DNA of 20,000 nt from an uncultured virus (IMG/VR IMGVR_UViG_3300020046_005824) (taxonomy: Duplodnaviria > Heunggongvirae > Uroviricota > Caudoviricetes): the IMG/VR virus record IMGVR_UViG_3300020046_005824, one strand, 5' to 3'. Of the stretch, positions 1-8,794 are shown piece by piece. The position numbers and the translations under genes are program-made. The first letter of the stretch is position 1. Each line of letters begins with the position of its first letter. The notes below the pieces were generated by a model that had not been told where the DNA came from, did no database searches, and worked only from the letters and a program-made list of their open reading frames with translations.

Positions 1-2
1 CC

Positions 3-3000
3 GCTGCGCAGCTCTACGACAAGATGTCGCGCCTGCAAGTGGATGTTGGCGAGCCTTCACAGCGCGGTATGTTCGCCGGTGAGCTGCGCCGCCTCGCCGA
101 GACCCCCGGCGCCACGCCCGAGCAAGCAGCTGGACTGCAAGCGCTGCGCGAGGCTCTGGAGCCGCCGGTAGATTTCGGCAAGATGGTTGCGGAGATTGCG
201 AAGCCAAAGTCCGCAAAACCTGCGGAGAAACCAGCTACGATGCGGCCGGCCAAGGAGGCGCTCCCGGTCGCCGACGAAGCCGCGGCGGAGAAGGTCTGGG
301 ACGCGAACGCCAAAGCGGCGCAGGTATTCAAGTGGGCCGATCTGTCCAAACTGCCGGAGGCGGGCAACGATGTCGCCGGCGTAGACCCGGAGGCTGACGC
401 TGCGCTGCGCGCCGACGCGCGCCAGAAGTTCGCCGAGTGGGTCACTGCGAATCCCAAAGCGACGCCCGAGGAAACGCGCGCGGAGATGGCTCGCGCAGTC
501 GAGACGGTCATGAAGCCGCTGGACGCCGAGTACAAAGCCAGCGACATGCAGGAGCACCGCGCCAAAATGAGCGCGGCCGCGGATCAGTTCGCTCGTGCGG
601 TGAACCGCAAAGATGCAAAGCTGCAGCGGAAGATCATCTCGGACCTGTCGGAGCACACGAAAGAATGGTCGGCGATGATCGACGACGCCTACGTCAAGGG
701 CGAGTTCGATCAACGTCTTGCCGAGCTTGAGGGTAAGGCGCCCGTCAAGAAGACGTGGCGTGAGACCCAGAAAGAGAAGCGCGAAAAGCCGAAGGAGAAG
801 AAAGCTCCGAAGCGCGAACCCAAGCCCAGCTCCGAAGACAAGGTCGGTGCGCTGGAGGAGGACCTGTACGACGATGACACGTCGGGCATCCTCGCGCAGA
901 AGCAGCGGCAGAAAGTGCCGTCGTTGCCGGCCACCGCCCGTGCGGCGCTGGAGAAGGGTGACCTCAAGGAGGCGCTTCGCGCGGCGTACCGCGATCTCAC
1001 CGGCCCTCTCGCGCGCGAAGCGTGGATTGGGCAGCGCCTCGTGCAGGCGCTGAATCGTGTCGGCGCGCCGGATAAGGTGCGAGTGGATGCGTCGCTCCCT
1101 CACGCCGGGCAGTACGAGTGGGGTGGCGGCCGCTCGGAACTTGTTGTGCGCCCCGATGCAAACGTCGTCACCCTTGCGCACGAAGCCACGCACCATTTGA
1201 CTGCTAGCACGATTCAGCGGTACATGGAAAAGAAGGCGCTCTCGCCGGCCGAGACCGCGGCGATGAAGGACTTGCAGGCCGCGTACGACGCTGCCAAGGC
1301 AGCTGGACTGGAAGAGAAATTCGCAGATCAGATGGCTGATCTCCATGAGTTCGCTGCCGAGGTATACACGTCGCCCACGTTTCGAAGCGCGCTCGCCGAT
1401 GTGAAGATGCCCGGCGCGTCGCGCAACGCGTTCAACACGTTTGTGCGCGCGGCGATGCGCTTGCTTGGACTGAACCCTGACACGGCTGCGGCCAAGGCGT
1501 TCGACGCCGTCGAGCGAATCATTGCGCTGAAAGAAGAGCAAGGCAAGCCGACAGACCCGGGCGGGGGTCGACAAACGGATACCCCAGCCTTTAAGGCGTG
1601 GTTCGGTGACTCCAAGGTAGTTGACGACGCCGGGAAGCCGCTGGTGGTGTATCACGGAACGCCACACGACATCACTGAGTTCAACACGAAAGATTTTGGC
1701 GCGCTGCTTGGAAAGGGCGCGTATTTCACTGCCAACCCGGAAGACGCTGCTCAATACGCCGGGAAAATGACTGGCATTGTTGGGTCAAGGCCGAATATCG
1801 TACCGGCTTTCATTTCGATAAAAAACCCTTATCGGGTTGATTCTGTGCTTGCAAAAGTTCCAAGCCGCGCAAGCCTAGAGGCTGATGGCTACGACGGCGT
1901 GATCCTCGAAAAAGATGGAGCCGTCCGCTGGGCTGTCGCCTTCTTCCCCGAGCAAATCAAGTCTGCCATCGGCAACCGTGGCACGTTCGATCCCAAAGAC
2001 GGGAACATTCTGCGCCGCACTGACAAAGCAGCCGACGCCGACCCGAAGCCGCTGCGCCTCACTGATCTCGATAAAGACGGCGCCATCGCCGCCGAGATTA
2101 TGGAGAAGGTGAAGGCGCAGCGCGTGCAGATGAACGTCGCTATTGAGAAGACGGGTGGTGTCGCGCGCAAGTTTGCGCTGAAGACGCTCGATTTCAAGTC
2201 ACTCGGCAAGCGCATCGACGCCATCGCGGAGCGTGTTGGCTTTGGCACGCCGGCAGCGAATGCGTATGAAGCCATGAAGCGTCAGGACGCAATTCGCCAA
2301 TCGATCGAAGCCACCATCGAGCGCGGCGCGTCCGAGCCTATTCGCAAGCTGAAGCAGACCGACCCCACTGCGTACAAGAAGGTGTCGGACATTATTTTCG
2401 CCGCCACGACGTTGCGCTATGACCCATCCGCGGCGGATTCAGAAATCCCGGCGGACAAGCGCAACATCCACTCGCCGAAGGGCGCGGAAGCTGCCACGGA
2501 CCAGAAAGAGCTGCAGGATCGTTATGACGCGTTGAAGCCGAACGAGCGCGCTGCGATTGTGTCGTACTTCAAAACGATGCGGTCAATCCGCAACGAGATG
2601 ATCAATGGCGTCATCGGTTTCGCGAAGAACAATCTCGAAGCGCTTCGCACCGCCGTGAACGCAGCCGAGACTGACGAAGAGAAAGCTTCTGCACAGGCCA
2701 AGGCGGCCAGCGGGCAAGGCGCGTTCGATCGTCTGGAGCAGCAGCTGCGTGATCTGCGCTGGGTGAACCCCTACGCCCCGCTAATGCGTTTTGGCGACTA
2801 CATGGTGCACTACGTGAACGCCAACGGCCAGCCGGGTGTGATGGCGTTCACGTCTGAGACTGCGCGCGACGCCGGTATCAGCGAGCTCAAACGGCAGCAA
2901 GAAGCCGCGAAAGCCAAGGGTGAGACTGGGCCGCGGTTCGAAAAATTCAACCGCTACGAAAAGCCGGAGCTGTTTCTCGACGCGCTGGACAAGCGCGGTC

Positions 3001-5093
3001 AGTCGTTGGTGAAAGCACTGCGCGAGGTCGGTGAGCATGTTGAAGACACCGACATGCCCAAGGACGTATTCGACCGGATCGTTGAGCGGATCGCCGATGA
3101 ACTCGCCGCGTCAACGCCCGCCAACAAATTGTTGGAGAGCGAAGCCGCGCGGAAAAATTATCTCGGGTTCGACCGCGATCTTCTGCGCGCCACTGGAAAG
3201 TACGCCGTTGCAGCTGGCCGCGCGATCAGCGCCGTGCGTGAAGGCCGCAACGTAGGCCGCGGGATGTACGACATCAACCGGCTCGCAGCCGGCACGGTGG
3301 CAGGACAGGATGAACCTGTTGGCGTGGCCAAGGGCAAGACCTACATGTCGGATGAAGACCTCGCGCAGATGAAAGACCTCGCGAGCGAAGTCAACGGGCG
3401 CTACGCATTCATCATGTCGCCCGAGTACGCGGGCTGGGCGAATGCACTCACGAAGACGGGGTTCATGTGGTTCATGGGGTTGAACCCGTCGAACGCCATC
3501 ATGAACATGATGCAAATCCCCATGGTGCAGCTCCCCGTGCTGGCCGGCCGCTACGGTGTCAATCGTGCGTCCGCGGCGCTGACGGCCGCTGTAAACAAAG
3601 TTTACACCGGTGAAGACAGCCTGAATGACTTCCTCAAGTCTGGCCGTGCGCACGAGCTCGCGCGCTATGACGCCGGCGCGCTGACTGAGGGCGGCGCTAT
3701 CAAAACGGGAGCAGAAGCCGACGCTATTACGAAAGCGTACTCGGCTCTGCGCACCAGTGCGAACCCCTTCGACCAGTATCGGGCGATGATGGTTGACCAG
3801 ATGCGCATGGGCTCACTGGAGGACAGCGCTACGCAGGACTTGATGAATGAAGCGCAAGGCAAGGACCCTGACAGCAAGCTTGCAAAAGCCGAGCTGATTG
3901 CTGCCGGCATGATGCGCAAGGCGGAGCAATTCAACCGCCTCGTGTCGGCCACCGGCGCGTTTGAGCTCGTGAATACCGAGCGCGACGCTGACTGGCAGAG
4001 CAAGATGCGGCAGGTGGCGCAGCTCGTGTACGAAGGCCACGGGGACTACTCACCACAGAACGCGCCGAAGTTGTTCCAGTCCAACCTCGGCAAAGTGCTT
4101 CTGCTGTTCAAGAAGTTCGGCTTTCACATGTATACCCAGATGTGGGGGTACGCCAAGGACGCACTGGACAAGCAGAATCTTTCGCCGGAGGAGCGCAAGA
4201 TCGCAGCGAAGAAGCTGGGTACGATGATGTTCACCACCGCTGCCGTCGCAGGTGGCGCCGGCCTGCCGCTGTTCGGGATGTTGTCGTTGTTCTACGCCGG
4301 CATGATGGCGGCGTTCGGCGATGACGACGAGACGCGCGATCTGGTGACGAAGCTGCGTCAGCTGATGGACGCCGGCGGCGTGTCGAAGACGGCGCGCGAA
4401 GCGCTCCTGCAGGGGCTGCCGACGCTGCTGAATGTGAACGTGAGCTCACGACTTGGCTACAGTGACATGTTCTTCCGCAACCCTGAGGAGAACATGGACT
4501 CGACCAGCTGGTACAAGTACGCGTTCGAGACGATCGCTGGCCCGGTGGGCGCGATCCCCGCCTCCGCCGTACGCGGTACTGCGAAGATCATGGACGGCCA
4601 AGTAGCTGACGGTATGGCCACGATGATGCCGGCTGCGTTGCGCAATCTGGGCAACTCGCTGTTGATGATGGACCGCGAACACGTACTGACCAAGCGTGGC
4701 GATGTCATCGCCGACGTAGACCTGACCGATGCGCTCAGTCAGCTCGTTGGTTTCACGCCGGCGCACGTAGCGCTCCAGCGTAGCGCCAATACGTCGGCCA
4801 AGGCCGTTGACGAGCGTCTCGCCGGTCAGCGGCGCGATCTGCTGGCCAATTGGCGCAACGCCGACGCACGCAACGACACCGACGCGCGCGACAAGTTCAA
4901 GGCACGCATCGACAAGTTCAACGCGCACATGCGCGAGATCGACGCCCCGAAGATGGTCATCACGCCAAGCACGATGGAAAAATCGCGCGAGCAGATGAAG
5001 ACCAACAACCAGCTGGTGCGTAACGGCGTGCTGTACAACAAGAATCTGCTGGACGTCACGAAGCGTATTCGTGACGTGGCAGAGGACGATTAG
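3..5093 (+). CDS. Large polyvalent internal virion/DNA-ejection protein (zincin metallopeptidase-like + ART-PolyVal-like + PLxRFG domain); probably 5'-truncated by window edge
   Basis: Frame is open from nt 3 (AAQLYDK-M at 24), giving >1689 aa. Motifs: HEATH at 1179-1193 with downstream HEFAAE (~1344-1361); TDTPAFKAWFGDSKVVD..PLVVYHGT (~1575-1661); GAYFT (1716-1730); GYDGV..EQIKSAIGNRGTFD (~1887-1990); YAPLMRFGDY with PLMRFG at 2778-2795; hydrophobic stretch ~4224-4320. Confidence 0.85.
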   Translation, partial: AAQLYDKMSRLQVDVGEPSQRGMFAGELRRLAETPGATPEQAAGLQALREALEPPVDFGKMVAEIAKPKSAKPAEKPATMRPAKEALPVADEAAAEKVWDANAKAAQVFKWADLSKLPEAGNDVAGVDPEADAALRADARQKFAEWVTANPKATPEETRAEMARAVETVMKPLDAEYKASDMQEHRAKMSAAADQFARAVNRKDAKLQRKIISDLSEHTKEWSAMIDDAYVKGEFDQRLAELEGKAPVKKTWRETQKEKREKPKEKKAPKREPKPSSEDKVGALEEDLYDDDTSGILAQKQRQKVPSLPATARAALEKGDLKEALRAAYRDLTGPLAREAWIGQRLVQALNRVGAPDKVRVDASLPHAGQYEWGGGRSELVVRPDANVVTLAHEATHHLTASTIQRYMEKKALSPAETAAMKDLQAAYDAAKAAGLEEKFADQMADLHEFAAEVYTSPTFRSALADVKMPGASRNAFNTFVRAAMRLLGLNPDTAAAKAFDAVERIIALKEEQGKPTDPGGGRQTDTPAFKAWFGDSKVVDDAGKPLVVYHGTPHDITEFNTKDFGALLGKGAYFTANPEDAAQYAGKMTGIVGSRPNIVPAFISIKNPYRVDSVLAKVPSRASLEADGYDGVILEKDGAVRWAVAFFPEQIKSAIGNRGTFDPKDGNILRRTDKAADADPKPLRLTDLDKDGAIAAEIMEKVKAQRVQMNVAIEKTGGVARKFALKTLDFKSLGKRIDAIAERVGFGTPAANAYEAMKRQDAIRQSIEATIERGASEPIRKLKQTDPTAYKKVSDIIFAATTLRYDPSAADSEIPADKRNIHSPKGAEAATDQKELQDRYDALKPNERAAIVSYFKTMRSIRNEMINGVIGFAKNNLEALRTAVNAAETDEEKASAQAKAASGQGAFDRLEQQLRDLRWVNPYAPLMRFGDYMVHYVNANGQPGVMAFTSETARDAGISELKRQQEAAKAKGETGPRFEKFNRYEKPELFLDALDKRGQSLVKALREVGEHVEDTDMPKDVFDRIVERIADELAASTPANKLLESEAARKNYLGFDRDLLRATGKYAVAAGRAISAVREGRNVGRGMYDINRLAAGTVAGQDEPVGVAKGKTYMSDEDLAQMKDLASEVNGRYAFIMSPEYAGWANALTKTGFMWFMGLNPSNAIMNMMQIPMVQLPVLAGRYGVNRASAALTAAVNKVYTGEDSLNDFLKSGRAHELARYDAGALTEGGAIKTGAEADAITKAYSALRTSANPFDQYRAMMVDQMRMGSLEDSATQDLMNEAQGKDPDSKLAKAELIAAGMMRKAEQFNRLVSATGAFELVNTERDADWQSKMRQVAQLVYEGHGDYSPQNAPKLFQSNLGKVLLLFKKFGFHMYTQMWGYAKDALDKQNLSPEERKIAAKKLGTMMFTTAAVAGGAGLPLFGMLSLFYAGMMAAFGDDDETRDLVTKLRQLMDAGGVSKTAREALLQGLPTLLNVNVSSRLGYSDMFFRNPEENMDSTSWYKYAFETIAGPVGAIPASAVRGTAKIMDGQVADGMATMMPAALRNLGNSLLMMDREHVLTKRGDVIADVDLTDALSQLVGFTPAHVALQRSANTSAKAVDERLAGQRRDLLANWRNADARNDTDARDKFKARIDKFNAHMREIDAPKMVITPSTMEKSREQMKTNNQLVRNGVLYNKNLLDVTKRIRDVAEDD

Positions 5094-5290
5094 GCGAACG
5101 CCGCCTTCGGCGTCCGCTTGATCTTGCGCACCAACTGTTTGGCGCGCGCCTCACTTATACCCTTCTTGAAGCGGTACACAGTCTGCCCGTCGTCCCGACG
5201 CAGTTTGATGATGGTGAGCTCACTGGTCGGAGCCACCGATGCGATCGCCGCTGCGAGCCCGGCGCGTGAATCTACTACGATATGGTTCAT
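5090..5290 (-). CDS. Small basic hypothetical protein (66 aa)
   Basis: Strong SD AGGAGAACGAC before the ATG. Last gene of the - strand operon; its TAA overlaps the TAG of the virion gene. Confidence 0.7.
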   Translation of the reverse strand: MNHIVVDSRAGLAAAIASVAPTSELTIIKLRRDDGQTVYRFKKGISEARAKQLVRKIKRTPKAAFA

Positions 5291-5299
5291 GTCGTTCTC

Positions 5300-5530
5300 C
5301 TAGTCGTCTTTCAAAATTAGCCCGCGCGCCTTTGTCCACTTGCGGACATCAGCTTTCCAATTCAGCATGGAGCGACGTTCGACCGTGTTGATCGACGTTA
5401 TCACGTCCGCGCTGTTCCCCTGTCTGTCTACCACTGTCACACTGAAGTGTGAACTTTTGCGCGGGGTTAACTTCACCACGCGCAGCCCCAGCTGCTCCAG
5501 TATTCGCTGTTGATCACGCGGCAAGCGCAT
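5300..5530 (-). CDS. HicA-like (dsRBD-fold) small protein, 76 aa
   Basis: SD TAAGGA; overlaps the primase 3' end. Pattern LEQLGLRVV..RKSSHFSV..G..V.TS..RRSMLNWKADVRKW resembles HicA-like proteins (helix, G-x-x-V, SH, three strands, C-terminal helix). Confidence 0.55.
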   Translation of the reverse strand: MRLPRDQQRILEQLGLRVVKLTPRKSSHFSVTVVDRQGNSADVITSINTVERRSMLNWKADVRKWTKARGLILKDD

Positions 5531-8471
5531 TCACGGTTTCCTTACGTTGTACAGACTGCATTGTGTCTCGCGGCATCTCGATGCGCAAGTACGAGGACTT
5601 GAACCCGAGGAGGAATTCTTCGACACGCGATACACGGTAGCCTGTGCCTTCGAGCGCGAGCCCGAGAGTTTTCATTGGGTCGGTGCGGATGGAGGGGAAA
5701 ATCTTCGTCCCCATCGCCATGACTTTTGATTGGCTGATGTACAGCGCAGGGACGCCGGGGCCGATAGTGGCAAGGCCCGGAGTCGCCCAGTCGTTTGCCA
5801 CAATGAAACAATCTGTCGATGCGTTGAAGTTGGTGTTGCCTACGGCGTTCATGTTGCCGAGCAGGAACCCATCGATCTTTCGAGCCAGTTCCAATCCTCC
5901 CTGTGGCGTGCGGACCATACGCGTGATGGCGCCACCGCTGGCGGTGATGAACGCGCGAATATCCTGTACCGTATTGTTCGTGGCACTGACTGCTTCGTTC
6001 TCAACGGCGATCGCGAGCTCGGCGATTGTCTGTTCCAGTGCACTGGCGGCGAAAAATGTCAGGCCGCTGGCGGTGGTGATCTCATTGGCTACGAGGATAG
6101 CGGCGAACGCATCCAGCTTGAAACGCATCATGCTGCGGTGCGCCTCGTTGCGGCAGAACTTTGCCGCGAGCTGCTCGACCTTATCGCTGATGGCGTGCCG
6201 GGTCGCTGTGACGCCGCGACGCAGTACAGCCCCAACGAACTCCCGGCCGGCGAGCCCGTAGTTGTCGAAAATCTGCTCGAAGCGGGAACGGTTCGCCGCC
6301 GCAAGTCGCCCGGGTGGAATGAGCACGCTGGTCATACGTGCAAGCTCGCCCTCTGCGTTGCCGTTGCGTTTGATCTCGTACTCGATATCCACGTTCGCCG
6401 ATGACACCCCCAACAGGCACCACGGCGCGCCGGACGGCAGGAGTTCACCGCTCTGCGAGAGTCGCTGCCGCGGCTCGCCGGACGCAAGGTCGAACGCCAA
6501 CGCGCGGTAGTTGTCTGCGCCATACAACGTGATTTCATCCACGATGCCGGGCAAATTACCGTACGCGGAGAAGCGGTCAACGAGCGCCTTGTACGTAGAG
6601 TTCGCAGTCTTGATCTGCAGCGGGTTGGCCCAGATAGACCAGATGGTTGCCTGCACTGAAGTCTTGCCTGAGCCGCTGGCTTGGCTGTACAGGTGCAGCA
6701 GGTGTGAGCGCCGGTGCGGCGTCAGCGGCATGAGGACGGACGCGAAGCCCGCCGTGATGGCGAATTGGTGGTGGGCGCGCTCTGGCCCGCAGAACGTCGC
6801 TACGGCGTCCTGCCACTTCTGCAATGACCCGTGTCCGGTGAGGTCGAGGTTGTACCGTGCAAGCCGCTCCGGCATCATCGCCGGCACCGTTGAGGGGGCG
6901 CCGTTGACTGTGGTGATGTGTTGAAAGCCGAGGTTGAAGCGGCTGAAGTTCGAGGACCAACCGAGTGCCTCCAGCAGCGGGGAGTCGTCGACAAGCCGGT
7001 TGATAAGGTCAAGTGAGAGGTTGAAAAAATTCGTGGCCATCTTCGGGTTCACCGCCGCGCGGGGGAACCCAAACTTCACGAGCATCGAAACGACTTTCGC
7101 GGTGTTGCCGAAAGTGTCGTCGGGGATGATGTGGCGCACGGGCCGTTCGGTTTTCTTGGCCCAAAAAACAAACTCGTAGCAGAGGATGCCCTGAGCGTTG
7201 CGAAATTTGAACTGGGGCCAGAAGACGCCGTCCCACACTGGGATGACGACATACTCTTTCTCACCCTCGGGGGAATCAACCTGCTTGCGCACCAGCGTGC
7301 GAAACTGGACCGGGTCGAACCCGAATGTGTCGGGCCACTTCGTCGGAGGTTGATACAGCCGCAGGTGTGCTTCATCTTCCGTCGGGTGGAACTCGCGCAG
7401 GAGCGAGTAGATCACATCCCCCGGGTCCGGCGCGGAGGCGGCTGATGCGTTTTCCGGAGGCATGTACCCGAACCGAATGGGTGAGCCTGCCCCAGTCTGA
7501 TGCTTGCATCCGCCGCACTTCCCATGTGCGGCCATCACAGCACAAGTCCGAGGGTGCTGCTGTCCAGCCCACGCGCTGAGTTTGGCCTCAACGGCGGCCC
7601 CTTCCCCGTAGCGGGCCGTGTCATGCATCGATACGGCGTGGGCGTACTGCCGACCATCCTCGGCCTTGCTGCACGTAGCGAGAAGGTCCACCCACAGGCC
7701 CTCGGACATTTGGTCCGGCTGCTGGTTCTCGGGGCGCAGCGCGTTGGCGAACAGCACGCATTCGCCGGACGCGACGATCGATTCAATCCAGTACGTTTTG
7801 TGTGTCGGCTTGAGCGAGATGTCCAGAAGCGCAAGCGCGTTGCCCGGCACGGCGGGCACAACAGGGGCGCTGGTGGGGGCCAGCGACGCAAACGCTTCGA
7901 CGGCGTATTGCACGCCTGTCTCAACCCATGTGACAGCGCGCGGTGGCGCGTACTTATAGTTCTTTGTGCCCGGGCAGCGCAGGAGTCGCACGACGTCCGC
8001 CGGCACCGTGGGGTCGACTTTGAAATCGACCGCGGCGCACGCGGCCTTGAGGGCTGTGCCGTACTGCTTCCACACGGCGGGGGCCAGCGGCGCCGTGAGC
8101 GACCAGTAGATGTGGACGCCGCCCCCGGACTCGACAACCATCGTGGGGACGGGCAAGGAGTACGTGCGGCGCAGTAGCGCCAGCTTGCGCTGTGCGTAGC
8201 GCGCGGGGTCCGGGTCGTCGATGTCCTTGTAGTCGATGTCCAGCATGAACGCCTGCTTGGACACCGCGTTCAAGCCATTGCGCTCCTGCCGAGACAGGAG
8301 CGCAGTGCAGAAGTAGGCGTCGTGCCCGCGGGCGTCTATGGCGTGGAGTTCATGTTCGAGTCCGTCGAGAGTCTTGTGATAGGTATGGTGGCGTGCCTGA
8401 AGATCGAAAGCGCAATAGAACGCTGCGCCATCGTTCGCTGGGAGCGCCAGCGACAGAAACTTAGTGGACAT
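5514..8471 (-). CDS. Primase-helicase fusion: AEP/RepB-like primase + Cys cluster + DUF927/Cch-like P-loop helicase (985 aa)
   Basis: Primase motifs MLDIDYKD (~8223-8246), ESGGGVHIYW (~8103-8132) and RLLRCPGT. Cys cluster RTC-x8-CGGCKH (~7500-7550). Walker A ASGSGKTS (~6657-6680) and Walker B GIVDEIT (~6528-6548). SD GGAGG upstream. Confidence 0.88.
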   Translation of the reverse strand: MSTKFLSLALPANDGAAFYCAFDLQARHHTYHKTLDGLEHELHAIDARGHDAYFCTALLSRQERNGLNAVSKQAFMLDIDYKDIDDPDPARYAQRKLALLRRTYSLPVPTMVVESGGGVHIYWSLTAPLAPAVWKQYGTALKAACAAVDFKVDPTVPADVVRLLRCPGTKNYKYAPPRAVTWVETGVQYAVEAFASLAPTSAPVVPAVPGNALALLDISLKPTHKTYWIESIVASGECVLFANALRPENQQPDQMSEGLWVDLLATCSKAEDGRQYAHAVSMHDTARYGEGAAVEAKLSAWAGQQHPRTCAVMAAHGKCGGCKHQTGAGSPIRFGYMPPENASAASAPDPGDVIYSLLREFHPTEDEAHLRLYQPPTKWPDTFGFDPVQFRTLVRKQVDSPEGEKEYVVIPVWDGVFWPQFKFRNAQGILCYEFVFWAKKTERPVRHIIPDDTFGNTAKVVSMLVKFGFPRAAVNPKMATNFFNLSLDLINRLVDDSPLLEALGWSSNFSRFNLGFQHITTVNGAPSTVPAMMPERLARYNLDLTGHGSLQKWQDAVATFCGPERAHHQFAITAGFASVLMPLTPHRRSHLLHLYSQASGSGKTSVQATIWSIWANPLQIKTANSTYKALVDRFSAYGNLPGIVDEITLYGADNYRALAFDLASGEPRQRLSQSGELLPSGAPWCLLGVSSANVDIEYEIKRNGNAEGELARMTSVLIPPGRLAAANRSRFEQIFDNYGLAGREFVGAVLRRGVTATRHAISDKVEQLAAKFCRNEAHRSMMRFKLDAFAAILVANEITTASGLTFFAASALEQTIAELAIAVENEAVSATNNTVQDIRAFITASGGAITRMVRTPQGGLELARKIDGFLLGNMNAVGNTNFNASTDCFIVANDWATPGLATIGPGVPALYISQSKVMAMGTKIFPSIRTDPMKTLGLALEGTGYRVSRVEEFLLGFKSSYLRIEMPRDTMQSVQRKETVNALAA

Positions 8472-8495
8472 GAAACCTCCGGCCGGACGAGTATC

Positions 8496-8762
8496 CTACT
8501 CGTCCAGCTCGCCTTCTTCAAGAGGGTACATCGCCTCAATGGCGCCGATGATCTTCTCCGCGGTCTCATAAATTGGCAATGAGTCCGGGCGGGTAGTTTT
8601 GTACAGCGTGTTGACGCTGAGTTCTGTAGCAGCCTGCAGGTCGGGCATCCGCAGCCCCAACCCGAAAGCTCGCAGGTACGGGGCGCGCAGCGGATGCCAC
8701 ATGGGCATCCGTGCGACGCTCTCGATCACTCGCTGGCTCGTCGCACGGGGCTTGCGCCCCAT
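8496..8762 (-). CDS. Putative HTH (Cro/XRE-like) DNA-binding protein, 88 aa
   Basis: LRMPDLQAATELSVNTLYK..P..ETAEKIIGAI fits an HTH. ATG at 8762 with SD AAGGAGATCGTC is preferred over the GTG at 8798. Confidence 0.55.
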   Translation of the reverse strand: MGRKPRATSQRVIESVARMPMWHPLRAPYLRAFGLGLRMPDLQAATELSVNTLYKTTRPDSLPIYETAEKIIGAIEAMYPLEEGELDE

Positions 8763-8794
8763 GACGATCTCCTTCGGAGCGGCGTCGTCCACGC

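Noticed and set aside
57..1754. 565-aa antisense ORF (and 14-565) opposite the virion protein
   Set aside because: Shadow ORF expected from GC-rich codon bias; Arg/Leu-rich with no motifs, while the + strand has clear domains.
8478..8487. Palindrome TCCGGCCGGA beside the primase SD
   Set aside because: A single 10-bp GC-rich palindrome is plausible by chance in this composition.
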